A stretch of DNA of 52,937 nucleotides, from the IMG/VR virus record IMGVR_UViG_3300044611_001951, positions 1 to 52,937 of that record; one strand, given 5' to 3'. The stretch is from a virus (lineage: Duplodnaviria; Caudoviricetes). Shown here in pieces: positions 20,026 to 28,705 of this stretch. The notes under the pieces are model-generated. The model had not been told where the DNA came from and did not search any database. It worked only from the letters and a program-made list of their open reading frames with translations. Every line of letters starts with the position of its first letter. Position 1 is the stretch's first letter. The translations under genes were made by a program, and so were the position numbers.

Positions 20026-20106
20026 GCCCCTGTTTCCGCGCGAGTTGCGGAAAAGGCGCGAGCCCCGCCGGTGTGCGATGCAAGACGCACACCGAGCAGG
20101 GCTCGC

Positions 20107-20135
20107 TTGACCCTCACGCGGGCGAGGCGTACAAG
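20107..20135 (+). promoter_or_regulatory. Putative sigma70-type promoter for replication genes
   Basis: TTGACC-N17-TACAAG in the divergent intergenic region. Confidence 0.5.
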
Positions 20136-20259
20136 GGGCGCTCACGCGCGAGGAGTTGGAGTCTCCCCGGCGGAACTTTTCACCCAACTGGAGTCAGCAG
20201 TCGATGAACGAGACACATCGTAGCCGCTTGGGCGGCCGGCGCAATACCGGGGTTCGCCT

Positions 20260-21138
20260 ATGAGCGCGCCCCAAAGTCGGGAGCCTCTCCCGTGGTTTCG
20301 GTTCGACGTGGCCGAGGTCGCCACAGCCCGCGGCGGGATGCGCGTGCTCGGCGATGACGCCGCGCTCGCCGCGATGATGCGCTTCGCCTGGCGCTCCTGG
20401 CGCGAGGGTCGTCTCACCGAGGACGACGCGCGCCAGACGTGCGGCGCCGGGTTCGAGACGCTGCTCGCCGCCATGCTCGAGCGCGGACCCGACGGGCTGC
20501 TGTCGCTGCCCTGGATGGAGGCCGCTCGGACCGAGGCCGACGCCTACCGGCTCCAGCAGCGGGAATCCGGCCGTAGGGGCGGCATGGCGAAGGCTGCTAA
20601 TGCCAAGCGACCCTCTAGCGACCCTACAGGCTCGCTTAGCGACCCACTAGCGAAGTCTACCCAGGAGAGGAGAGTAGAGGAGAGTAGAGATTCAGCCCTA
20701 CAGAGTGCTTCGCACTCTTCCGGGCTGGAGCCGGCGCCTCGCGGCGCGTCTCCGGGCGAACTCTTCGAGAACCCGAAGAGGCCCAAAACCGAGGCGAAGA
20801 AGGGCGAGCACGTCCAGGCGGTGGAAATGTTCCAGCGGGCTTGGGCTCGCATCCGGCACGGCGACCTCACGGTGACGGTCAAGACCGACCCGAAGGACAT
20901 CCCGCCGGCTGAGCGGTACACGCCGACCGCAGCGGACTTCATCCACGCCGCGAGGCTCTGGAAGCGCATTGGCGGCGACACGGCCCTCCTGCGCGAGCGG
21001 ATGAGCAACTTCTTCCAGAGCGATGCGCCCTGGATTCGGGCGGGCGGCTTTGCGCTGTTCGCCACCAAGTTCGATCTCCTGACCGACCCGATCATGGCGC
21101 TGAACGGCAGCAGCAGCGCCCAACACACCGAGAGCTGA
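20260..21138 (+). CDS. Phage replication initiator (lambda O/YdaU-DUF1376-like architecture)
   Basis: N-terminal LPWFRFDV, then SGRRGGMAKA, an internal iteron tract and an ERRVEESR linker. Confidence 0.75.
   Translation: MSAPQSREPLPWFRFDVAEVATARGGMRVLGDDAALAAMMRFAWRSWREGRLTEDDARQTCGAGFETLLAAMLERGPDGLLSLPWMEAARTEADAYRLQQRESGRRGGMAKAANAKRPSSDPTGSLSDPLAKSTQERRVEESRDSALQSASHSSGLEPAPRGASPGELFENPKRPKTEAKKGEHVQAVEMFQRAWARIRHGDLTVTVKTDPKDIPPAERYTPTAADFIHAARLWKRIGGDTALLRERMSNFFQSDAPWIRAGGFALFATKFDLLTDPIMALNGSSSAQHTES
20605..20690 (+). repeat. Putative replication-origin iterons inside the initiator gene
   Basis: WAGCGACCC at 20605, 20616 and 20637, TAGCGA at 20648 (about 11-bp phasing), then purine-rich AGAGGAGAGT x2. 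Confidence 0.65.
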
Positions 21139-21141
21139 GCC

Positions 21142-21810
21142 ATGCCCCTTCGCTACTGGACCGAATCCGAAGTCCCCGAGGCCATGCTTCGCGGGCACAA
21201 TCTCCACGCCCACGAAGTCCTGAGCCTTGCGCACATCGCCTGGTTCTGGCTGGTCGGCCCCGGCTCGAGCTCCTTGCTCGGCCCGGTGTTCTACGAGGGC
21301 TCGCGCCATTGGGACGTCGCCGTCGAGCGCAAGAAGTCGCACCTCGACTGCCGCTCGCGGGGCTGGACCGCGGACACCTTGCGCGAGGTTCACACCTTCG
21401 TCGAGCGATTGCGCGCCCGCAAGAAGGCCGTGCAGCCAACGCAGCAGGCCCGCCCCTCGCGTTCGAGGGCTCGACGCGACATCGACGTCGACGGCTCCGA
21501 CGACGTGCAGCAGGCGCTCTCCCAGAGCGATCTGGGGCCAGGGCGGATTTTGCCGACCGTCGAACGTGACTGGCCGGAGACGTTCCACATGACCGACGAG
21601 GAGCGCGCCGAGAAGTGGCGAGCCGTGCAACGCGCATGGTCGCCCCGCGGTGCGCCGCCGCCCGAGCGCAACGACCGAGACCCCGACCAGCCGCGCGAGC
21701 GCATGAGCCACGTCAAGGCGCAAGTGCTATTCGCCGGCGACGACCAAGGCAACGATCCCGTCCGCGAGCCCACGGCCGCGGAAATCCACGCAGACGAGGA
21801 GTACTTCTGA
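21142..21810 (+). CDS. Hypothetical protein (helicase-loader position)
   Basis: 222-aa ORF directly after the initiator, coupled to the next gene by TGATG. Confidence 0.65.
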   Translation: MPLRYWTESEVPEAMLRGHNLHAHEVLSLAHIAWFWLVGPGSSSLLGPVFYEGSRHWDVAVERKKSHLDCRSRGWTADTLREVHTFVERLRARKKAVQPTQQARPSRSRARRDIDVDGSDDVQQALSQSDLGPGRILPTVERDWPETFHMTDEERAEKWRAVQRAWSPRGAPPPERNDRDPDQPRERMSHVKAQVLFAGDDQGNDPVREPTAAEIHADEEYF

Positions 21811-22253
21811 TGACACTGAACGAATTGATTTTGAACGCTGACGGAGACGATCCGATGGACAAGTTCATGAAGAGTTCCGACCTGGACGGGCGCGATTTGG
21901 CGTGTCTCGAGCAGGGCGTAAACGACACTTTGCGTCAAGCAGAGTCTCGCTTTGGGATGCTTCCGTTCAGAGTCGACGCCTGGACCGAAGGCGTGGATAT
22001 TTTCGCTGGCGGCAGCGTCTCCGCACGGCATGGACCCGTACCGATTGAGTCTCCGGTCAGAGCGGTGCGCGTGGATCCGGGCGGCGTGATCTTCGCTAGG
22101 GGCCACAGCAACCACTCCCCCGAGATCCGCGTTCTCGATGCGCCGCTGCATTGGCGCATCGCGGCCGTCACCATGCTCCCCGCTCTCGCGCAGGCCCACG
22201 CGGAGAAGATCGCGGCTCTTGTGGCCGCCGCCAAGAAAGCGCTGGGCTCGTGA
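21810..22253 (+). CDS. Hypothetical protein (147 aa)
   Basis: ATG with GAGGAG upstream and TGATG overlaps at both ends. Confidence 0.6.
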   Translation: MTLNELILNADGDDPMDKFMKSSDLDGRDLACLEQGVNDTLRQAESRFGMLPFRVDAWTEGVDIFAGGSVSARHGPVPIESPVRAVRVDPGGVIFARGHSNHSPEIRVLDAPLHWRIAAVTMLPALAQAHAEKIAALVAAAKKALGS

Positions 22254-22582
22254 TGGATACCAAGCCCGACCCCACCTACGACAAGCTCCCCAAGGACGAC
22301 GCAATGCCGGATGGCTTCACAGCCTGGCCCAAGTTCCCCGGCGATCCCGCACTGCTCGAGATCAGCCCGCAAGCCACACGTAAGCCGCGGAACATCCGGC
22401 GCCTGCTCGGCGAGAACCCGGTCAGCACCGAGTCTCTGCGGGCCGATATCTACGCCGCCGGGCGCCGCGCGCAGAAGCTCCACCGAGAAGCGCTCGAGCG
22501 TGAGGAACCCGAGCGTCCGGCCGCCCAGGCCCGCGAGAATCTGCACCCGGACGCCTTCGTCGATGACTTCGACGACGAATAG
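22253..22582 (+). CDS. Hypothetical protein (109 aa)
   Basis: MDTKPDPTYDK…, coupled start, strongly GC3-biased codons. Confidence 0.65.
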   Translation: MDTKPDPTYDKLPKDDAMPDGFTAWPKFPGDPALLEISPQATRKPRNIRRLLGENPVSTESLRADIYAAGRRAQKLHREALEREEPERPAAQARENLHPDAFVDDFDDE

Positions 22583-22595
22583 GCGACTAGGCGCG

Positions 22596-23006
22596 CTACA
22601 TCAGCCCGGCGTTGGCGTCCAGGCCGTTCGCCTTGCGCATCTTCTTCTCGTCGCCCTTGCTCAACAAGAGGCCCTTGAGGCGCAAGTACGCCTCTCGTCC
22701 ACGCTGGGCCACGGTCTGCCGGTCGCTGAGCATCATCTCCAGCACGCACATCAGCGCGAGCTTCTGCTCATCGTCCGGCAGAGCCTCCAGCCTGTCGAGC
22801 TCACGCTCCACCAGCCGCGAAATGCCCTGCACGGCACGCAGCCTTTGAGGATGGGCCGCCCCACGCAGCTCCGCGTTCATCGCCTTCGATGTCTGCGCTC
22901 CGTACGGCCGCGAAGGACGCGAACGCGGAGGCACGTACCGCCCTTCCGCCCGCGCGTCCAGCACCGCGTCGTGGCCGTTCACGCCACCATCGAAGCTCGA
23001 CCCCAC
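22596..23006 (-). CDS. Hypothetical helical protein (start uncertain)
   Basis: Protein-like C-terminal part (LVERELDRLEALPDDEQKLALMCVLEMML), convergent with the upstream plus-strand genes. Confidence 0.55.
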   Translation of the reverse strand: MGSSFDGGVNGHDAVLDARAEGRYVPPRSRPSRPYGAQTSKAMNAELRGAAHPQRLRAVQGISRLVERELDRLEALPDDEQKLALMCVLEMMLSDRQTVAQRGREAYLRLKGLLLSKGDEKKMRKANGLDANAGLM

Positions 23007-23025
23007 GAGTCAGCCCTCAGCGACC

Positions 23026-23220
23026 TCAGCGCATCCCCAGGCGCCGGCCCTTGATGCTCGGCACCTTGCACTCCCCGCCAGCCGCAGGGCCGCTCGTCAC
23101 CTTCGTCTTGCCCTTCATCACCACGCCGCCAGCCTCCTTGTGACCGCTCGTCCCCACGATCTTCGCCGGGCTCCGCTGCACGCTCGGGCTGATGACACGC
23201 CGCTGAATCTGCTTCTTCAT
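23026..23220 (-). CDS. Small basic protein (64 aa)
   Basis: ATG with AGGAGG upstream, Lys/Gly-rich. Confidence 0.6.
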   Translation of the reverse strand: MKKQIQRRVISPSVQRSPAKIVGTSGHKEAGGVVMKGKTKVTSGPAAGGECKVPSIKGRRLGMR

Positions 23221-23276
23221 CTCGAGGAATCCTCCTGCTCCCCAGCTTCGCGCCGCAACTTCTCCCGCGCAAGCCC

Positions 23277-23306
23277 TTGCCACGCGCATAGCACACGCGC
23301 TATTCT
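23277..23306 (+). promoter_or_regulatory. Putative sigma70-type promoter with overlapping GCAAG-CC-CTTGC palindrome
   Basis: TTGCCA-N18-TATTCT, 9 nt before ATG 23316. Confidence 0.5.
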
Positions 23307-23315
23307 CTGTGCACC

Positions 23316-23741
23316 ATGGAAACCACCAACACCACCGCGCCCAAACCCACCGAACCCTACGACGTGAAGATGCGCACGATCCCTCTGCGCATCAAACCGA
23401 AGGGCCAGCCCGCGCCGCAGAACGCCGACGCCGAGGACCCCTTCGAGGAAGCCGGCGACGCACAAGCGGACAGCCCGCCGCGCGCTCGCGTCCGGGTCCA
23501 CCCTTCGGAGCGCGTCATCCGTGAGCTCGGCAAGTGCTCCGTCGAGGAAATCGACGCCGTGGCGTACCACCTCGCCATCTACCGGCCGGCCCTCGCACAC
23601 TTCCTCCACGCCAGCCTCGAGAACTGCGCCCGCACCATCGCCGCCGAACGCAACCGTCAGCTCGAAGCCAGCGCCCGCGCCGCACAGCGCGCCACGAACG
23701 ACCCGCCCAGCGAGACCAGCGGGCAAGCCCGCGTACACTGA
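23316..23741 (+). CDS. Hypothetical protein (141 aa)
   Basis: ATG start behind a promoter-like sequence, GC3-biased codons. Confidence 0.65.
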   Translation: METTNTTAPKPTEPYDVKMRTIPLRIKPKGQPAPQNADAEDPFEEAGDAQADSPPRARVRVHPSERVIRELGKCSVEEIDAVAYHLAIYRPALAHFLHASLENCARTIAAERNRQLEASARAAQRATNDPPSETSGQARVH

Positions 23742-23752
23742 CCACCGCACAC

Positions 23753-23825
23753 CGCAGGCGGTCCTGGTGACCCCCGACGGCTCATAACCGACGGGAGCGG
23801 GGTTCGACCCCCCGGCCTGCTACCA
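23753..23825 (+). tRNA. Atypical tRNA with CAT anticodon (Met/fMet/Ile2 identity unresolved)
   Basis: Acceptor GCAGGC/GCCTGC with a C1xU72 mismatch, anticodon loop CTCATAA, T arm CGGGG-TTCGACC-CCCCG, discriminator A and encoded CCA. D region is shortened. Confidence 0.85.
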
Positions 23826-23862
23826 CCACAAGCGCCGCGCGCTCCTGACCAGCGCGACGCCC

Positions 23863-23909
23863 AGGCCCGACGCTCGAGACCAACTCCCTCGACGCCGGGC
23901 CTTCTTCGT
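23863..23909 (+). terminator. Putative intrinsic terminator after the tRNA
   Basis: AGGCCCG…CTCGAG-loop-CTCGA…CGGGCCT followed by TCTTCGT. Confidence 0.55.
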
Positions 23910-24090
23910 GCCCATGGGACCCAGCCCAAATTTCCCGGCGCGGGCAAAACGATACGGGACTCCAGCGAGCCTCTGCATGGGACCCAGAGCGGAGGATGGC
24001 GGGAGAGGAGGGATGAGGGATCACCCTACGCCCTCCACCGCCAAAACCCCCCGGCCACCCCTCCCCGCCCCGGTCGCGCGCGCCCCGACG

Positions 24091-24185
24091 GTCCAGGATC
24101 TGGATTCCAACTCTTGGACTCGCTGTCTGGAAGCTGGACGGACGGGCTGTCCAGCGGTTGGACGCGAGCGGTCTGGGGATTGGAC
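24091..24185. repeat. Array of five 15-bp palindromic boxes, consensus GTCYR-N5-TGGAC
   Basis: Copies start at 24091, 24105, 24125, 24149 and 24171 in the long non-coding region. Confidence 0.65.
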
Positions 24186-24696
24186 GGGTTGCGGGCTGGC
24201 GATGGGCGAGAGGGGAGAGCGGGCGGGCTGGTGGATGATCCGTCCCGCCATCCCGTCCTCCGATCCGATCATCCGCTCCGAGGCTTGCGCACCGGTCGAT
24301 CCGATGCGAGCAGCGGTCCACGCTCCGAGCATCCGTGCGCAGGATGCGAGCGACGGAGCGGCGCAGTGTGCGGAGTGTCGTAGGTGGACACGTTCGGCCA
24401 CGCTGCTTCGCCGTGCCAGCGTGAGGACACCCGGCCTCGCTGCGCTCAGCGCCGCCCGGCTAAGACAGCGCACTGTCAAGAGCCCGTGTCAAGAGCGGAG
24501 AGAGCGGCTCGCGTGGACGCTCAGGCCCGGCCCGAGGTTACGGATTGTTTGCGGCGTGTAAGACAATGGCGCACTAGCAGAGAATCACAAGAAAGTCTGT
24601 GCGCTCGCGCCTCGTTCGCCGATATACAGGTTGCGCCGCCAGCGGAGCAACCGAGCGACCGAGCGGCGCACCCACCCGAACCCGAAGGATGACTAG

Positions 24697-24933
24697 ATGC
24701 AAACTCTCTCTATCACTGCGCAGACTCTCGCGCAGGCCCGGCGCAACATCGCGCAACGTGTCGCACGGCGGCGCGCTTCTCGCTTCGCTGCGATGGGCGG
24801 AATGATCCGCCGGACGCCCGGCCGCGTGCTCAGCCGACTGTGCGCAACGTGCCTCGCGGCCGAGCTTCCCAGCGTCACGAACGCCGCCGAGGTTTACAGC
24901 CTCGCCTTGAGCCGTCGGAGCGTGCAGCCGTGA
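24697..24933 (+). CDS. Hypothetical protein (78 aa)
   Basis: ATG with AAGGA upstream, one CxxC, GTGA overlap with the next gene. Confidence 0.45.
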   Translation: MQTLSITAQTLAQARRNIAQRVARRRASRFAAMGGMIRRTPGRVLSRLCATCLAAELPSVTNAAEVYSLALSRRSVQP

Positions 24934-25238
24934 AGCTCGACAAGCAAACGCTGGCGTTCACACGCCGCATGGAAGCCGGCCGCGCACGCCGCGCCGCATC
25001 CGCTCGGCTCGAACTTGAAGCCAACTCTTGGATGATCGGCGCGCGCCCGATCGAACGCCAATCGACGGCCGCGCCGAGCGAGTGCGCGAATTGCGCTCGG
25101 CCGCTTCTGGCCGCGCGCGTTGAAGTGACGTACCGCGCCGACAAGGGCCGGGAATGGCGCGAGCACGTATGCCGCCCTTGCTGGAACGCTGACGTGTCCT
25201 TTGAGTTCCGCGCCTCGAACCGGGAGCTTGGACCGTGA
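24930..25238 (+). CDS. Putative Zn-finger protein (102 aa)
   Basis: CANC…CRPC, with GTGA overlaps at both ends. Confidence 0.55.
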   Translation: MKLDKQTLAFTRRMEAGRARRAASARLELEANSWMIGARPIERQSTAAPSECANCARPLLAARVEVTYRADKGREWREHVCRPCWNADVSFEFRASNRELGP

Positions 25239-26701
25239 GCCATCTTCCCTACAGCGCGCAGCCGCGCCGCTACGAGCGCTCGCGCTTCCCTGGCGACTGC
25301 TGGACGTGCGGTCAGAAGTACCCCGAAGGCTCGGACGTTCTCTGTCTTCCCGAAGGCTACGAGTACCCGAAGGGCCACGCCAAAGCAGGCAAGCGCGTCG
25401 GAGTCTACGCGCACCACGCCTGCGGCTTGCCCCTCGTTCCGACGCCGCCGAAGGAACGCGAAACACCTATCAACACCACGCCCACGCCGAGCACGCCCGC
25501 CCCGATGACGACGACCACACACCACGCCCACAACGGCACGCCGCAGCGCGCGCCCGCAGCGCCGAGCACTGGAGGTAACGCGCTCGACGCGCTGGCGCAG
25601 GAGCTAGCGTCGCGCATGGGAGGCTTGCTCCCGCCGCCCGCGCCGAGCACGGACCCGGCGCAGGTTGAAGAGATCGTGCGCCTCGTGAACGCGCCGCTAG
25701 AGTCGCGCCTCGCCGCGGTCGAAGCACGCCCGCAGTACGACAGCGAAGCGCTCGAAATGCACGCGCGCCGCGCCGCGTTCGACGAAGCACGCGCGGCCCT
25801 GGTCGAAGTCACGGCCCGCGCCAAGGGCGGACCCGTCGCGCTGGTTGGCGAGATCCCGACGCCGGACCCGCTCTACCACGACGCGAGCGACACGAGCGCC
25901 GAGATTCGAGCGATGCTTGCGCGCCAATCTCACGCGCTGGTCAGCGGCCCGAGTGGTAGTGGCAAGACCTACCCGATCCTCCAAGAGTGCGCCCGCGCAG
26001 GCCGCCGCGCCGTCCTGGTCAGTTGCGCGGACGGAATCACCTACAGCGCGCTTGCGTGCCGGCCCTCGCAGACAACGCCGAGTCTCGAATACCGCTACGG
26101 CCCGTTGCCCCTCGCCATGAAGGCCGGCGCAGTTCTCGTCTTGGACGAGTGCGACAAGCTAGACCCGTTGCTCGCCGCACTGTTTCACGCGCCGCTCGAG
26201 CCCGACACCACGCGCAGGACTCTGTATCTGCCCGAGACGGGAGAGACAATCACGGCCGCGCCCGGCTTCCAAATCGTCGGCACTTGCAACGGATTGAGAG
26301 ACGAGTCGGGAAGCTACTCTTCGCACCGGATCGACGCTGCGTTTCTGACTCGCTGCCGAGGGATCGCAGCCGACTACCTTTCACAATCGGAAGAGGCTGC
26401 GCTGTTTGAGCGCGCCGGCCTGGACGCTGCCCGCTCGCGCAAGCTCGCCGAGACGCTGGCGAAGCTCCGCGCCGAGCACCTGAAAGGGAACCTCACGATC
26501 CCGCCGAGCACGCGCCTCGGCGTCCAATGGCTGCGGATGGTGCTCGGACGCGATGACGCCGGCCGCGCTGGCGTGGACGCCATCCCGCCCAAGACCGCTT
26601 GGCGCCTCGGCATCCTCAACTTGCTCACGCCGGGACAGGCAACGAACGCGGCCGCCATCATCAAGCCCGAAGATGCAGGCTGGAAGGTAGGCGCCACGTG
26701 A
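25235..26701 (+). CDS. MoxR/CbbQ/CobS-like AAA+ ATPase with N-terminal Cys/His domain
   Basis: Walker A GPSGSGKT, YGPL..AMKAG, Walker B LVLDECD, FQIVGTCN, IDAAFLTR, STR. N-terminal CWTC…H.AC. Confidence 0.9.
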   Translation: MSHLPYSAQPRRYERSRFPGDCWTCGQKYPEGSDVLCLPEGYEYPKGHAKAGKRVGVYAHHACGLPLVPTPPKERETPINTTPTPSTPAPMTTTTHHAHNGTPQRAPAAPSTGGNALDALAQELASRMGGLLPPPAPSTDPAQVEEIVRLVNAPLESRLAAVEARPQYDSEALEMHARRAAFDEARAALVEVTARAKGGPVALVGEIPTPDPLYHDASDTSAEIRAMLARQSHALVSGPSGSGKTYPILQECARAGRRAVLVSCADGITYSALACRPSQTTPSLEYRYGPLPLAMKAGAVLVLDECDKLDPLLAALFHAPLEPDTTRRTLYLPETGETITAAPGFQIVGTCNGLRDESGSYSSHRIDAAFLTRCRGIAADYLSQSEEAALFERAGLDAARSRKLAETLAKLRAEHLKGNLTIPPSTRLGVQWLRMVLGRDDAGRAGVDAIPPKTAWRLGILNLLTPGQATNAAAIIKPEDAGWKVGAT

Positions 26702-27918
26702 AACTCACGCCCCTACAGCGCCGCCGAACGCTCTACCGTCTCGCAGACCTCTACCAGAAGGCGCAGCGCGAGCACCCGACCGAGACGCCGGCGCAGCACC
26801 ACGCGCGCGCCTTCGCGTGGATCGGCTGCGAGCAAGACTTCGCCAACCACGCCGCGCGGATGCGCCTTAACCAAGCCGACCGACTGGCGAAGTGGACGAA
26901 CGAACAGGCATCGCCCAAGACGTGGAAGAAGCCGAAGAACGGCCGGCCTTTCACACTGCCCGAGTTTCCCGGCCTGGACAGCGCCCCGAAGGGACGCACG
27001 CCCACGGTTCGCGTTGTCGGCCAGATCGACGGCCACGGCCAGACGTTCCAAGCAAGCCCGAACGCGCTGCCCGATGGCGCGAACGTGCTTCAACTCACGA
27101 ACGCGAAGGTCAACGGAACCTCGCCGCCCGCAATCGTGCTCGACCCGCTACAGGCTGGACCGCAGCCCGGCGCAGCCGTGGACTACACCGGAGAGCCGAC
27201 GCTTCGCGCCGCGCTGGTCGATGCACTGCGGGAGCGCCGACGCGGGCGCGAACTGCGCAACCAAGACGCAGGCGAGCTCGACCTGTCACGAATTGCCCCG
27301 ACCGCGCTCGGACTGGACCTTGACCGCGCGTTCGCGCGCCGCATCCGACCCGACGTGCGCGGCGTCGCCGTGCTAGTGCTGGTCGATGCCTCTTCGAGTA
27401 TGCGAAAGGATGGGCGCGGCGTCGCAGCGAAGCGCGGAGCGTGCCTCGCATATCGGGCGCTGACGCGCGAGCGAATCGCCGTTAGCGTTGCTCAGTACGG
27501 CGCGCGCGAAGAGACAAGCGATCCAGCATTTGCAGTAGTCGCCGCGTTCGGCGCTCCACAGTCCCAAGCGATGGCGGATCTACACGATATGCCCGAGTGG
27601 CGTTTTGTGTGGACGCTCGCGCCCAGAGCGACCGAACGCGCCGCCGAGATCCTCGCTCGCCGCAGCGAGCCGAGGCGCGTGCTCATGTTCCTTTGCGACG
27701 AGGACGTGACCGCCGATGATCCCGCATGGAAAGCGGCGCGCGCCGCTGGCCTGGAGCTTTGGCCGATCCTGCTCGGAGTGCAGGCCGCCGCCGGGCGCGA
27801 GAAGATCGACGCGGCCGGATGGTCAAGCATCCCGCCGATTGTCGCCGAAGATCCCGCCGAGCTTGTCCCGACATGGACCCGAGCGATGCGCGCCCACCTG
27901 GGCCGCGTCGCAGTGTGA
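26698..27918 (+). CDS. VWA-domain protein (CobT/NorD-like partner of the AAA ATPase)
   Basis: GELDLSR, MIDAS VLVDASSSM, RRVLMFLCD. Coupled to the AAA gene. Confidence 0.85.
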   Translation: MKLTPLQRRRTLYRLADLYQKAQREHPTETPAQHHARAFAWIGCEQDFANHAARMRLNQADRLAKWTNEQASPKTWKKPKNGRPFTLPEFPGLDSAPKGRTPTVRVVGQIDGHGQTFQASPNALPDGANVLQLTNAKVNGTSPPAIVLDPLQAGPQPGAAVDYTGEPTLRAALVDALRERRRGRELRNQDAGELDLSRIAPTALGLDLDRAFARRIRPDVRGVAVLVLVDASSSMRKDGRGVAAKRGACLAYRALTRERIAVSVAQYGAREETSDPAFAVVAAFGAPQSQAMADLHDMPEWRFVWTLAPRATERAAEILARRSEPRRVLMFLCDEDVTADDPAWKAARAAGLELWPILLGVQAAAGREKIDAAGWSSIPPIVAEDPAELVPTWTRAMRAHLGRVAV

Positions 27919-27955
27919 ACCGACCGACCGCACCACCTACCTAACACCCGACACG

Positions 27956-28555
27956 ATGACCACGCAACGCAGCACCACAGGCCCCGACCTCGTGACCGAC
28001 CAGCACGCCTACGAAGTCAAGACCGCCGCCAGCGACGCCGAGAAGCGCGCGAACATGCAAGCCCAGATTGCCCACGCCCGCGCAGTGATCGACGCACAGC
28101 ACGACGAGGAGACAGATGATCGCGGAGTGCCCACAGATGCAGCTTGGGAACGCGAAGAGGCTGCGATGCGCAGCGCCCTTCCGATCGTGGACGCGAACCG
28201 GCTCGCCCGAGAAATTGTTTACTTGCTGGAAGAGAACCAACCCGTGGGCGCCGCCGCCAAACTCGCCGGCCTGCCCGCCTCGCAAGCGCTCAGCGTCGCG
28301 CTCGCGCTGGACTGCGCGCGCCACCAACGCGCCGCGCTCCGAATGGCCTACGACGCCAACGAACGCGAGACGCTGGAGAGCGAGGAAGAGCACGCGGACG
28401 CGCTCGCCGCAATTGCGAACGACATCGCAGACCGACTCGCGCAGGACGATTGCGACGAGGCTCGACTCGTCGAGGACATCGGAGACCAACTCGCGTCGAT
28501 CGGCTACACCGTCACGCCGCCGAGCGATTTCTTCGCCGAACCGCCGAGCGCCTAG
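27956..28555 (+). CDS. Hypothetical acidic helical protein (199 aa)
   Basis: ATG after a C/A-rich leader, protein-like composition. Confidence 0.6.
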   Translation: MTTQRSTTGPDLVTDQHAYEVKTAASDAEKRANMQAQIAHARAVIDAQHDEETDDRGVPTDAAWEREEAAMRSALPIVDANRLAREIVYLLEENQPVGAAAKLAGLPASQALSVALALDCARHQRAALRMAYDANERETLESEEEHADALAAIANDIADRLAQDDCDEARLVEDIGDQLASIGYTVTPPSDFFAEPPSA

Positions 28556-28557
28556 CG

Positions 28558-28674
28558 ATGCCGCGCGAACCGTTCGACCCGATGGAGCACGTAGCGCGCG
28601 GAGCGCTAGAGCTCGCCGCTTGCGCAGTGCTCGCGCTCGCCTTCGCCGCAATCGTGGGGTGCTGCACGCAGTAG
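28558..28674 (+). CDS. Small membrane peptide (38 aa)
   Basis: MPREPFDPMEHVARGALELAACAVLALAFAAIVGCCTQ. ATG 2 nt after the upstream stop, and lies before a terminator. Confidence 0.45.
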   Translation: MPREPFDPMEHVARGALELAACAVLALAFAAIVGCCTQ

Positions 28675-28705
28675 CGTCAGGCTGAATACTTCGCCCTCCC
28701 ACGTT

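Noticed and set aside
23753-23825. tRNA as tRNA-Sec supporting the UGA gene
   Set aside because: Anticodon is CAT and there is no long variable arm.
24091-24185. Repeat array as a mini-CRISPR
   Set aside because: Units are 15-bp degenerate palindromes with gaps under 10 nt, with no spacer-sized unique sequences and no cas genes.
24474-24496. Tandem TGTCAAGAGC (TTGACA on the minus strand) as promoters
   Set aside because: No -10 hexamer at suitable spacing. May be a binding site but is unsupported.
23782-24692. ORFs across the long intergenic region (e.g. 23908-24561)
   Set aside because: No SD or coupling, low-complexity translations, and overlap with the tRNA, terminator and repeat array. 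Treated as non-coding.
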